Below are positions 36,745 to 48,331 of a DNA stretch of 64,000 nt, piece after piece (position 1 is the first letter of the stretch; each line of letters opens with the position of its first letter). A program made the translations under genes and the position numbers. Origin of the DNA: Tubulanus polymorphus (Eukaryota > Animalia > Nemertea). Location: the NCBI RefSeq assembly GCF_964204645.1, contig NC_134032.1, positions 5,878,275 to 5,942,274 on the forward strand, written 5' to 3'. The notes below the pieces were generated by a model. The model was given only the letters and a program-made list of their open reading frames with translations, did not search any database and was not told the origin of the DNA.

Positions 36745-39700
36745 ATGGGAGATAATGAACAACACACAGAACAAATTGATGTTAATGAAAATCAATATTA
36801 TTGTACATATTGTAAATACAAAAAAAAATCTCAAAAATCACGCCATGAAAAATTTAAAAATCATATGAAAAATGTTATAGATTTTGAAACTCCAGAAAAT
36901 TCCAATGAAAGAAAAGAACGATTAGAAAATATGAATGTGAATGAAAGAAAATGTAATGTTTGTAATGAATTTATAATAAAAAGGAATTATAAAAGACATC
37001 TCGAATCACAAAAACACAAACAAAATTTAGATAAAAATGTTTTAGGATCAGAATATTTTGATGATAAACCTCAACAAGTAAAAAAATCAACTTCAAAAAC
37101 TAAATCCATTTCAAATAAACCTTACATGGAAAATGTTAGAAATTATATCGGTACTCTACAAATAAAAGATACAATTGAAATTTTAGAAACATTACGTAGT
37201 AAAATTGGTCCAACAGCTATTATATTTAGATTTTTTAAAGGTACAACAATAGAAAATTATAGTAAATTTAATGAAATAATAGAAAAGATACTAGATTTGA
37301 TAACAGATGTTGAATATCCAAAAATTAGTATTTCTGGGAAAGTAAGTTTTTTAAAGTCAGAAGAGAAAATGGATTATAATATTCAATCACATTCTTAAGA
37401 AATAATTTCAAAAACGCAAATAAAAGAGAAGTTAGAAAAAATATTTGATGAATTTAAACGACATATTGAAGAAAGATATTTTGAGGGTTCTGGTTTAACA
37501 TTAAATGAAATTATACTTTTAGATTTAAATGTTTATAATACAAAAAGGAATAAAACATCAAAAAGTAAAACAATGTTTAAAAATGATTCAAACTTTACAA
37601 CAGAAAAGGATATTAAAGCATCAAGTTATATCAAATTACCATTTACAACAAAAGCAGTAATAAATATCCAAAATGAAGATAATAAATGTTTTCTATGGTC
37701 AATTATTAGTTGCTTACACCCAACACAAGATATTACGCATAGTTTTAGAATAACAGATTACCGGAAATATGAAACATTATATAAAATTAATCAATATCCA
37801 GTAACTATAAAAATGATTCCTAAAATAGAAAAAAGATAATTATTTAAAAATAAATGTATTCGAATTAATGCAATAACCAAAGACAAAAGGTGAAAATATT
37901 AAAGATTATACATTAGAAGCTTTATATTTAACAGAATATTATGATGATGATAATGTTATAGATTTGTTATATTACAAAAAAGATGAAAATGAACATTATA
38001 TGTGGTTAAAACAAATTGATTCATTCTTTAGAACAGAAAGTGATTTTAACAGTCATAAAATATATTTATGTAGAAAATGTTTATCTAAATTTAGAACTGA
38101 AAATGCATTACTAAAACATATAGAATTATGTGATAATAAAGATTTTTGTAAATTAATAATGCCAACAGAAAAAGATTTTAAATTGAAATTTACCTATCAT
38201 AAATTTAAAAATATCGTTCCATTTGTAATTTATGGGGATTTTGAATCGTTGAATAAAGAATTAACTAATCAAGATAGAAAAGAAATATATAATAAAAAGC
38301 AAATTTTAAAATCAATGGATAAAGGAAATGAATTAAATGAAGTTATAATTCAAGATCCACCAATTATAAACACAATTAAAAAAGTTCATCAAAGAGCTGC
38401 TGCTTATGGAATTTATATAAAATCAAATTATCCTGAATTATATGTAAGTGAATATATTTCTTTTAGAGGTGAAGATGTAGTAAATGAATTTTGTAATAAA
38501 ATAATTGAAATAGAAAATGAATTTGAAAAATTATTAAACAAAAATAAAAAAGAATAGTTATGACAAAAGAAGATGAAATTGATTTTAATTATGCAACTCA
38601 TTGTTGTTATTGTGAAAAAAGTTTTTATTCATTTGATAAAAAAGTTAGAGATCATGATCATTTAAATTCAAAATATCGTAGAGCTGCCCATGAAGATTGT
38701 AATTTACAAGCTAAGAAAGTTAATTTCGTACCATTATTATTTCATAATTTATCGGGCTATGATACCCATCTATTTATAAAACAATTATCAGGAAAATTGG
38801 GCACAATTAATCAAGAAATAGATGAATATAATGCTATAAATGGTGTAAATTTAAGAAAATATGATTTTAAACTATTGGCTAAATCATCTGAAAATTATAT
38901 TTCATTTCAATTTGGTTGCATGAGATTTTTAGATTCTTATAGATTTCTAGCAAGTTCATTAGATAATTTAGCAAAAAGTTTAGTTGATAATGATTTTATA
39001 ATAACTCGATATTATTACCCAAATGAACAAGATTTTAAATTATTGAGATATAAAGGCGCAATTCCTTATTCATTTTATAAAACACATGATGATTTTAATG
39101 TAACAGAATTATTAAAAGAACAATTTTATGATCAATTAAAAGAGGAATATGTGAAAGATGAAGTGTTTGATAGAACATTAAATATTTGGAATCACTTTAA
39201 GATAAAAAATCATGGTGAGTTAGTAGATTTATACTTAAAATCAGATGTTATGATATTGGCTGACATATTTGAAAAATTTAGAGAAGTTAATTTAAATCAT
39301 TTTAATGTTGATCCTTGTTATTGCTACTCTAGTCCCGGTTTAACCTGGCAGTGTGGTTTGAAATATACAAATGTAGAATGAGATTTAGTAAAAGAACCAG
39401 ACATAGTTTTATTATTTGAAAAATCAATAAGAGGTGGAATTAGTGGTGTTATGGACATTTTAAAGCAAATGATGAATATAAATTAATATGTAATAGATGA
39501 AATCTAAGTGACGGACGCTTCGTCACTGCAGCTTGATTTAATTTTTACGACTAAGATTAAGAAATCATAACGATTCGAAAACAACCTCGCTAAAAATCAA
39601 GACAAATGATATAACAAAAGACTTAAAAACATTAAAACATCATTTTGATTTTAGCAATTATCCCAAAGATCATGAACTATTTAGCAATGATAATAAAAAG

Positions 39701-40033
39701 ATTCCTGGTAAGTTTAAAGATGAATTAGGGGGTGATGAAATGATTGAATTTGTTGGGATAAGAAGTAAAATGTATAGTTATAGAACAAAAGATCATGAAG
39801 CTAAAAAGTTAAAAGGAATAACAAAACATGTGGTTGATAAACACATAGAATTTCAAGATTATATAAAGTGTTTATATAACTCAATTGTAATGAAACATAA
39901 AATGAATTGTTTCAGAAGATCAGAAGATCATGAGATGTACATTAATGAAGTTGAAAAAACTAGTTTGAATCCATTCGATGATAAAAGGTGTATTTCAGAT
40001 GATGGTATAAAAACATTACCTTATGGTTTTTAA
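36745..40033 (+). pseudogene. Protein-primed DNA polymerase B with N-terminal Zn fingers, vOTU-like segment and HNH-like insert; palm deleted
   Basis: SSYIKLP..INIQNEDNKCFLWS; YGDFES; C..C..VRDHDH..AHEDCN; FHNLSGYD; FLDS; YLKSDV; IRGG; GKFKDE; RSKMYS; KLKGI. Multiple stops and frameshifts. Confidence 0.93.
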
Positions 40034-40872
40034 TTATTAATATTTTTATGAAATTGTTTCATTACAAATAAATCATCATCTTCTAATTCTTCATCTTCTA
40101 AAAGTTCTATATTTTGTTCATTAATACATTCAATTAAATATTTATAAATTTCATTCATTAAATGATCTTCATTTTCATTTAATTGTTCTTGCATAATTTC
40201 TTTAGGTTCGTTCATTTCATTTTTCTCATTTAAGTGAAGTTCTATATTGTTCCACATTTCATCTCGCTCTCTTTGTTTCTTTTTGTTCGTTTATTCATCA
40301 AATGGAATTATAATATCGATGTTTAAAAAATTTACAATCTTATTTAAAAAGAATTCATAATTAATTGAATCTGTTATTCTATTATCCACATAATATCTTA
40401 ATATTTGTTTGAATATGTCTTTTATATTTTCCATATCTTCTTCTGTTAATTTGGGTTTTTTTTATAATAATCGTTGGATAATAAATATAAATACATTTTC
40501 TTTTCTTGTGTGTTAAATGTTGATGGAATAATTGTTTTTATAATATCTTTTTTAGTTATTTCACCATTTTCATTTTCTATCATTTTTCATTTTTTCAAGC
40601 CATTTCTTATATTCTGGTGTATGATCTTCCATAGAAAATATCTTAAAAATTTCATCTAGATATTTTGATTTTGGTTCTATAAGAATATCTCTAGTTTTTT
40701 CATCACCCCATAAATTCTTTTGCCATCCACATTCATGACAAAATATCGCAGGACCTTTTCGTCTTAAGTACTCATAAATACATTGTGGGCATTTTTGTCT
40801 ATCATTCTTAGTAATAGATCTTTATTAAGCTCTTGGTATTTTCTTACGTTTTCTTTATGTTTTATTGTTCTA

Positions 40873-41463
40873 TTATGTAGATTTAATTGTTGTAATTAAA
40901 TTACTTGTTGTAATAATCAATTTACAATATTTACAATAATATGTTTTTCTTACTAATTCATTATATTGTTTTTCTAACTTTTCAACTGTTTCTTTATTAT
41001 CTGGTAACGTTTTCTCATATTTTATTTTTTCTAATATTTTATTTTTTCTTTCATTGAATTCTGTTTCAAATTTATTAGAAATTGTATTTATATGTACTTT
41101 ACGAAATTGATGATTCTCCCAATCTTCTATATTTTCAAGGCTATATTTTATTCGACAAGGCTCACAGAAATGATCTTTTATATTATCCTTATCATAGAAT
41201 AAGAAAGGTCTTTTCCAAATAATTTCAGGTTCAACTTCAACAGAATTACTATTACTTTCGTTACTATCAACATTAACCGTTGTGTCATTAATTTTACACT
41301 TCTCTGAATGTTTTTTAACATAATTTCTTGAGAATAATTTATTACATTTTGGGCAGTTTATTTTAGGGGGGTTATAATTTTCATCATGTTTTTTCATATG
41401 TCGAGCCATATTACTTTTTCTGAGAAGTTCACCACAAATTTCACATCCTATCTTCTCATCCAT
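40873..41463 (-). CDS. Multi-C2H2 zinc-finger protein (3' end frameshifted)
   Basis: CEICGELLRKSNMARHMKKH, CPKCNKLFSRNYVKKH, CEPC..H..H. TAAATG start. Confidence 0.75.
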   Translation of the reverse strand: MDEKIGCEICGELLRKSNMARHMKKHDENYNPPKINCPKCNKLFSRNYVKKHSEKCKINDTTVNVDSNESNSNSVEVEPEIIWKRPFLFYDKDNIKDHFCEPCRIKYSLENIEDWENHQFRKVHINTISNKFETEFNERKNKILEKIKYEKTLPDNKETVEKLEKQYNELVRKTYYCKYCKLIITTSNLITTIKST

Positions 41464-41531
41464 TTATTTAGTAAACATTTTATTAAAATTAATTTTTAAT
41501 GGTTCGAAGTAATTTTTTTGTGTTATAAATA

Positions 41532-42283
41532 ATGGTTGAATTAAAAGAATATAGAATATTTGTTGATTCTAGAAGACTTACTAATTATAAATCACATAAT
41601 TTATTAGTACAATTAGATAGAGAATTTAAGAATTGTGTTGATTTAAAATTAGTTAATATAAGTTTATGTAACTCATTTTACAATATATCGGATAAAAGTC
41701 TAGAACATTTAATTTTTTCAATCTTTTACAAAAAAAGGAATAAATGGTTTTTTATGTATTTAAAACCAGGATTATATAATTTAGATACATTAGCACAAGA
41801 AATTAATAGAAAACCTCGAGCTAAATTAGGAAGTGATTCCGGATTTAGTATTAGATTTTCAAAAAGTGATAGTTCTAATAAAATAAAGATTAGGTTAACT
41901 CATGATGAACAATTTAAATTTGCAGTAAGGAAACCTTTAGCTAAACTGTTAGGAATTAACCCAGATTTTGTTACAGTAAACGCAGAAGGTAGATCAAACT
42001 TAATACCTTACACACATTTCTATATTTATTGTAATTTAATTGATCCTACAAAAACATTTGAAGCAACTAAAGATACAATTTGTAATTCTAGTATATTAAA
42101 TATTTTACCATTGAAGAATGTTAAACAATTTGGAACTCAAATAAATTATAATTTAGCTGAGTGTGATTTTTAAACCTTGAATTTCACATTTCAATAATTT
42201 CAAATTAGATGTAAGAAATCATAATGGATACTTAATTGATTTGAATAACTTTCCTGTAATTTATGAATTAGTTATAAGATGTA
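41532..42283 (+). pseudogene. Probable minor capsid (penton, single jelly-roll) protein; frameshift near 42170
   Basis: IFVDSR, ISLCNSFYNI, PGLY, LAKLLG, YIYCNLI, and a downstream GYLIDLNNFPV.YEL pattern typical of Polinton/virophage mCPs. Confidence 0.68.
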
Positions 42284-42307
42284 AAGAGTAATTTTTTCGA
42301 TATATAA

Positions 42308-42665
42308 ATGAATATAATTGTTGGGCCGAGCATATGTTTTGGATTTGATTTTAAGCGTGAGAACGAAATGAAATTTAACATTACTGATGTAATTACACAT
42401 ATTAAAAATATTACATTTTCTAATGAAACAACATTTGAGTATGAAAAAAAAAACAATAGATAAAGAAACTTTAAATGTAGAAAATATTCCTAATTTAATT
42501 AGAGAATCTTTAAGATTTTATGAATTAGATGAAGATTTTATCATCGATGATATTAAAAAAATAATAATTGAAATGTATACAAATGAAACTAGTAATGAAA
42601 TAAATGTTGAAATAATCATCACTAAGATAACTAAATATTTTGAAGATGTTAATTTTTTTGATTAA
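42308..42665 (+). pseudogene. Polinton hypothetical protein (frameshifted)
   Basis: TAAATG start at 42308, continuing into ORF 42423-42665. Confidence 0.5.
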
Positions 42666-42668
42666 TAA

Positions 42669-42895
42669 ATGAGTGATAATAAGTGGATAATAACTGGATT
42701 ATATAATGGAGCCTAACTATCAGTTGGAACTGTTGGTTATTCAATGGTATTTAAAAAAGTATTTAAAATGGGAAGTGTTAATGTTGATAGATTTGATATA
42801 AATGATATTTTAAAATTAACGTTAGCAGTTACTTTATCTAATTTAACAATTGATTATTTAGAAAAACAAAAAATTTATTCCTCCTATATAAATGC
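42669..42895 (+). pseudogene. Small hydrophobic Polinton protein (frameshifted)
   Basis: TAAATG start; LSVGTVGYSMVFKK..LKLTLAVTL..DYLEKQK. Confidence 0.55.
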
Positions 42896-42915
42896 ATAAT
42901 TTATTTATTAAATAA

Positions 42916-43371
42916 ATGGCTTCTGCAATTATAACTATTATAGGATCGGCAATTGTTAACGCTTTAGCATTTACTGGTGGCGGTTATTTGTTTAAGCATA
43001 TTGATAAAAATGGTTCATTATCAGAACAAAAAAGACATAACTTAGCATTAGAAAAATATAAGAAAGCAGCGGAAGAATACAGAGAAAAGAGACAAAATTA
43101 TATGGATTATACCAGGGAAGTGTGATGACACTTCCCTGATTATACTAACAAGAAATTATATGATCAGAAGATTTCACATAGAGATTTTCAATCAGTTGAT
43201 GATGCAATGAGTTTATAAAACGCAGTAACCAATAAAGAAAAATTACATCTATACAAACCTAAATTATCAGATTATTATACCCCAAGTAAAGAACAACAGA
43301 AATATGAAATAATATGGATTTTAGGTGGTACAGTTATTGTTATATTTGTAGCATATAAATTTACTAATTAG
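42916..43371 (+). pseudogene. Polinton membrane-type protein disrupted by a palindromic micro-insertion
   Basis: MASAIITIIGSAIVNALAFTGGGYLF..KRHNLALE. The frame continues after removing the insert (one further stop) to a C-terminal TM segment. Confidence 0.7.
43113..43138. other. 26-bp CA..TG palindrome with 7-bp TSD ATTATAC (probable excision footprint)
   Basis: CAGGGAAGTGT-gatg-ACACTTCCCTG with TSD at 43106-43112 and 43139-43145. Confidence 0.8.
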
Positions 43372-43390
43372 TAATTTTTTTGCTAAATAA

Positions 43391-43825
43391 ATGGATGATA
43401 AAGTTGATAATATTGATATTATTTCACATGATATAAATAAAACTGAATTAAAAACATATTTAGAAGAACAAATATTAGAATTTGAAAGTGATTTAAAGAT
43501 AAAAAAGAAAAAATATTTAAAAAGTAAAATTATATATTATTTTATTATCAGTGGTTCAGTTACAATTAGTTCTGTAATAACATTTCTAGCAATATTCAGT
43601 CCATTAACACCTTTAGCTATATCAATTGGTGTGTTAGGTTTAAGTTCAAGTGTTTTAACTGGTATAAATTCAAAATTAAATATAAAAAGTAATAAAGAAA
43701 AAATGAAAACTAGTATAAAAGAAATTAATAAATTGAAGAATACACTAGATTATATAATAAGTTTAAATGGTCATATAACAGTTGAAGAACAAGATAAATT
43801 ATTAAAAGAATTAGTTAATTATTAA
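43391..43825 (+). CDS. Two-TM, coiled-coil Polinton protein
   Basis: Intact 144 aa with a central hydrophobic hairpin. T7-N6-TAAATG start. Confidence 0.75.
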   Translation: MDDKVDNIDIISHDINKTELKTYLEEQILEFESDLKIKKKKYLKSKIIYYFIISGSVTISSVITFLAIFSPLTPLAISIGVLGLSSSVLTGINSKLNIKSNKEKMKTSIKEINKLKNTLDYIISLNGHITVEEQDKLLKELVNY

Positions 43826-43899
43826 TTTTTTTATCATATGAATGGGTTTTCCAAAAGCTTTCCAATATAATAAATCAATAATAAAATAAATTAATAATT

Positions 43900-45181
43900 A
43901 AAAATTATTATAAATTAAATATAATATTCCCGCAATAGATTTTGATAAAAATAGTACATATAGAAATTTCGTTTTCAATTCATTAACTAATCTAGAAATT
44001 TATGTTACTGAATCACAGTTTTTTATTTCTAAAATGGAAAATATATTTAATACATATGAAGTTACTTTTACTCGAGATGAATATCATATATTTATATAAA
44101 GTAAAATCTAATATGAAATATTGGCAGAATCAATTAAATGTTGCTGTTTATTGTGCAACAACTGGTTGTGGTATAAGTTGGAATGATCATTAAAATAACT
44201 TAGATAAAAATTTGAATTATTCTGATTTAAAATTAATTCACACAATATTTAGATTTCACACATATTTTCAAATCAGAATAATATTAAATGAATTAGAATG
44301 TCCTTTACCCGGATCTAAATATCTTTAAGAATTGGATAATAATAATAATCTATCTAAGTTTTATAAAATATGTAATGAATTTAATATAAATATTAATTCC
44401 GATTTTAGAGCGCATGGTAAATTGCAAGGTATTGGTGAACAGTATGAAATAAAAAGAATTGATTATATGCATAGAATTGGAGCTTATCATAATTATAAAA
44501 TTGATAATAATAATGGTTGGATTAATTTCATTTAATTTTAGAAAATAGTGAAGGTTTTACTATAAAGCTGGAATACAAAGAATAAATCAATCAATTAGAA
44601 CTTATTTGATATGCATTTTAGGCGCGCAAGTTGAAACAAGATCACCAATAGCTGGAAATGATAACACTTCATTTGATACACAGAAACAATTCAAAGTATT
44701 ATTTGAAGATTCAATTCATAATGATAAAAATAGATCGATTCCAGAAAACATAGTAAGATATCAAAATTATTTAGATAAATCACATATTAGATTAAATTAT
44801 TGTATAGGCCCTAATCTATTAATCATTTCTTATGATTTAGTATTAAAGATGGGAAATATAATTGGTTATAATAATCTAATTAAAACTGCAACAATAAATA
44901 ATTCATTTGGATTGAATGATATAAATAAAAAAGATTATTACTGCTCCAAAATTAAGGTGAAAAAAATAAAAAAAAATATTCAATCAACAGAAACTAAAAC
45001 TAAGAATATTAAATTAAATAATGATTCTAAAATAAAAGATTATAATACTTCAGAAAATGGTAAAACTCATATTATTCAACATGAAATAGATAAAACTGAT
45101 TATGATAATAAATCCCATGAAAATGCTAAATTAGCTATAACTTGTATAGGAATTGTAATCGGAGTAATATTATATTTTTAA
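43900..45181 (+). pseudogene. Conserved Polinton hypothetical protein with C-terminal TM, multiply disrupted
   Basis: YWQNQLN.AV.CATTGCGIS, RFH.YFQ.R.IL, RINQSI..Y..CILGAQV.TRS, recalled as a recurrent invertebrate Polinton ORF. Confidence 0.65.
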
Positions 45182-45203
45182 TTTTAATTTTTTTATTATA
45201 TAA

Positions 45204-45814
45204 ATGGCAAAAGTAGATATTCCATTGGATCCTTTAGATGACGCTCCTGGTATAAGTGATGAACCACAACCTGATTTTGATGAAACAAGTTTTGGTAACG
45301 ATAATGAAACAGCATATAATTCTAATTTAGCAAGACCTGATACTAATGGATTTGTTAGTAAAGCACGTTCAAGATTGGATATTGAAAATGAAAATAAAGG
45401 TTTAATAAAAAAAGAATTAGAATATGAAGAATTAACTGATAAATTTAAACCAATATTAAAAAATTCTGGTTTCAATATAACTAATAAAGGTATGAATTAT
45501 TTAGTAAAAGATTTGAAATATTTAAATGGTGACTATTATTGGCATTTGAAAGATGACTATTATTTTAAGATATCTTCGAATAAAAGTCTCGATAAAATAA
45601 TAACAAAACCAACTTTAATTAAATTAGAACAATCTAGAATTAAGAAAATCAATAATGATGTTATAACTGATGTTACAGAAGAAGAGATAACTCTAAATAG
45701 AATAGAATTTAAACGAAGAAATGATGATTTTTTGAAGATAATTAATGAAAATTTAGAACCAGAAACAATTCCTAAAGAAGTTATTAATTCTAAAACTAGT
45801 AAACTTAAATCAAC
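45204..45814 (+). pseudogene. 5' part of a Polinton hypothetical gene fused by deletion to the capsid gene
   Basis: T7-N6-TAAATG start and acidic N-terminus; sequence character changes near 45815. Confidence 0.55.
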
Positions 45815-46534
45815 TGCAATTCAAGAAGATATTATATTTGAAATAACATTTGCTCCTGTAAATGAAATTGTATTATCTAGCGTTGTTAAAGATATGGGTT
45901 ATAAATTATCGAATATATGTTTAGAATATGATACAGTAACTAATGAAAATATTGTATTAACACAATTCAAACTCAATACAAAGGATTTTCATTATTATAT
46001 GATTATATTGATAAGTTTAAAACTGTAACTATTAATGCAAGTGATGAAATAATTGATGAGAATATTAACTTCCCAAGAAGATCTATTAAAGGTATATTAA
46101 TATTTTTCACAATTGCAACATATTCTAATGGCGCAATAAATGTTGATAATTATTATAATCCTGAAATAACTAAAGTAGATATAACTATCGAAGGAATAGC
46201 AAATTAAATATTTTGTCAAGGAATGAGAATGATAGATCAAAGGCCAGAAATTAGAAAACATTTTATGAATGAAAAATTAAAATCATCTGAAAATTGTAAT
46301 ATTAATCAAATTGATTATTATACCGGTAATAAATATGCATAATGGTTAGATTTTAGAACAACAGAGGATAACTTATTACATGGTTCTGGGAAAAAACTAC
46401 AAAATACAAAAGATGGAATACAATTATTCATGAAAAAGAAAAAAAGAAGCTTAAATTTCAAAATGCACATTTATATTATATCTGACGCGCAATTAAATAT
46501 TATGAATTCTCAATTAGAAAGTATTCAATATTAG
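45815..46534 (+). pseudogene. Major capsid protein (double jelly-roll), C-terminal half only
   Basis: FEITFA, YKLSNICLEYD, INFPRRSIKGILIFF, NPEITKVDITIEG, WLDFRTTEDNLLHGSG, ISDAQLNI match the pattern of invertebrate Polinton MCPs. From recall, not searched. Confidence 0.7.
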
Positions 46535-46594
46535 AAATATTAATTAGAAAGTATTCAATATTAGAAATATAAAGTTAAAATTAACGATATATAA

Positions 46595-47722
46595 ATGGGT
46601 GGTGAAAAAACTCCTAATACTAAAGAACAATATTTAAGAAATCTATATTACAACCCTGAGATTTCGGTTGCTTATTTTTCTATAAAAAATATATGGCGCC
46701 AAGTAAAACAAGATAAATTAGATAAGATAATCCCACAAAATTTAGTTAAATATAAAGATATAAATGATTTTATGTTAGAACAGCCAACATATACAACACA
46801 TAAAAAAATTGTTAGAAAATATAAAACTCGTAAAACTATGGTAAGTTATGTAGATCAACAGTGGCAAGGAGATTTAATTGATATGAAAAATCTTAAAAAA
46901 GATAATAATGATTATTGGTGGATATTGAATATAATTGATATTTTTAGTCGTTATGTATGGAGCTTCCCACTTTATAGAAAAGATGCTGCACAAACATCAC
47001 ATGTTTTAAGAAAATTTCTTTCAGGTGGTAAACTAAAACCAGAAAAAATTCAATTTGATGATGGAAAAGAATTTGATAATTCATTAGTTCATGGACTTTT
47101 AGATTTTCATAATATTAAATATTTTTCGACAAAATCGGATAAAAAAGCAGCAGTTGTTGAACGATTTAATAGAACATTAAGAACAAGAATGTGGAAATAT
47201 TTCACAGCAAATAATACTTATAAATTGATTGATATTTTACCAAAATTGATAGAAGGTTATAACAATTCTTGTCATTCTTCTATTGGAATGAAACCTATTG
47301 ATGCTAAAAAACCTGAAAATGCTGAAATTGTTTGGAATAACTTGTATGGGGCATTTCTTGTAGATGATTTTGGTGAGCCCAAATTTAAAGTTGGTCAAAA
47401 TGTTAGAATTTCAAAGTATAAAAAGATATTTGACAAAGGATACGATCGAAATTTTACTAGGGAAATATATAAAATAAAAAAGGTAATAACAACAAAACCA
47501 TATGTCTATAAATTAGAAGATTTAGATGGTGAAGAAGTTGATGGGTATTTTTATGAAGAAGAATTGAATTTACCTACTGAAAATCTAGAACAAGAATATA
47601 AAATTGAAAAAGTATTAAAAACAAAAACTGTTAAAAGAAAAAAATATTCTTTAGTAAAATGGGTTGGATGGCCAGATAAATTTAATGAATGGATATTATC
47701 AAGTAAAATTAAAGATATATAA
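46595..47722 (+). CDS. Retroviral-type (rve) integrase with C-terminal chromodomain
   Basis: WQGDLID, IDIFSRY, QFDDGKEF, VERFNRT, F.KGY..NFT.E, IEKVL..LVKW.GW..FNEWI. ORF intact. Confidence 0.96.
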   Translation: MGGEKTPNTKEQYLRNLYYNPEISVAYFSIKNIWRQVKQDKLDKIIPQNLVKYKDINDFMLEQPTYTTHKKIVRKYKTRKTMVSYVDQQWQGDLIDMKNLKKDNNDYWWILNIIDIFSRYVWSFPLYRKDAAQTSHVLRKFLSGGKLKPEKIQFDDGKEFDNSLVHGLLDFHNIKYFSTKSDKKAAVVERFNRTLRTRMWKYFTANNTYKLIDILPKLIEGYNNSCHSSIGMKPIDAKKPENAEIVWNNLYGAFLVDDFGEPKFKVGQNVRISKYKKIFDKGYDRNFTREIYKIKKVITTKPYVYKLEDLDGEEVDGYFYEEELNLPTENLEQEYKIEKVLKTKTVKRKKYSLVKWVGWPDKFNEWILSSKIKDI

Positions 47723-48331
47723 ATGAATAAGGAATTATTTATATTTGAACCTCATAATATGTTAATTTCTGGCGTAACAAATTGTGGAAAAACTTATTTT
47801 ATATTAAATTTATTAGAAACTATTTATAAAAACTATTTTGATAATATAGTATTATTTTGTCCAACATATGAATTTAATCAAACTTATGATAGAAATATTA
47901 CTAGAAATAATAAATTTATTATATTAGATCCTAAAACAGTTAAAGGAAATTTAGATAATTGTATTAAAATAGCAATTGATATTTACAAAGGATCTAATAC
48001 ATTATTTATCATAAATGATTGTGCAAATTTACATGATTCAAAAGTGAGAGAAAGTGAGTTATGCTATTTAGCTTTCTCTGGGAGACATTTTGGGATGACA
48101 ACTTGGGTTTTAAATCAAAAATATAATTCAATTGTTAAAGATTTTAGAGAAAACATTAGATTTTTAGTTTTATTTTATAACAAAGATAGGAAATCGATGA
48201 AAAATGCACTTGAGGAAAATGATATTATTCCACATGATTTACATAATGAATATATGGATAAATTGAAAAATAATAAAAGATCAAAATTACTATTAAGATT
48301 ACAACACCCATTTAAATATGAATTTATTTAA
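47723..48331 (+). CDS. A32/FtsK-like DNA packaging ATPase
   Basis: Walker A GVTNCGKT, Walker B FIIND (D-to-N variant), GRH, NQKY, REN. Confidence 0.92.
   Translation: MNKELFIFEPHNMLISGVTNCGKTYFILNLLETIYKNYFDNIVLFCPTYEFNQTYDRNITRNNKFIILDPKTVKGNLDNCIKIAIDIYKGSNTLFIINDCANLHDSKVRESELCYLAFSGRHFGMTTWVLNQKYNSIVKDFRENIRFLVLFYNKDRKSMKNALEENDIIPHDLHNEYMDKLKNNKRSKLLLRLQHPFKYEFI

Noticed and set aside
45204-46028. 274-aa ORF as a single genuine protein
   Set aside because: It appears to be a deletion-generated fusion of an unknown gene with the MCP C-terminal half.
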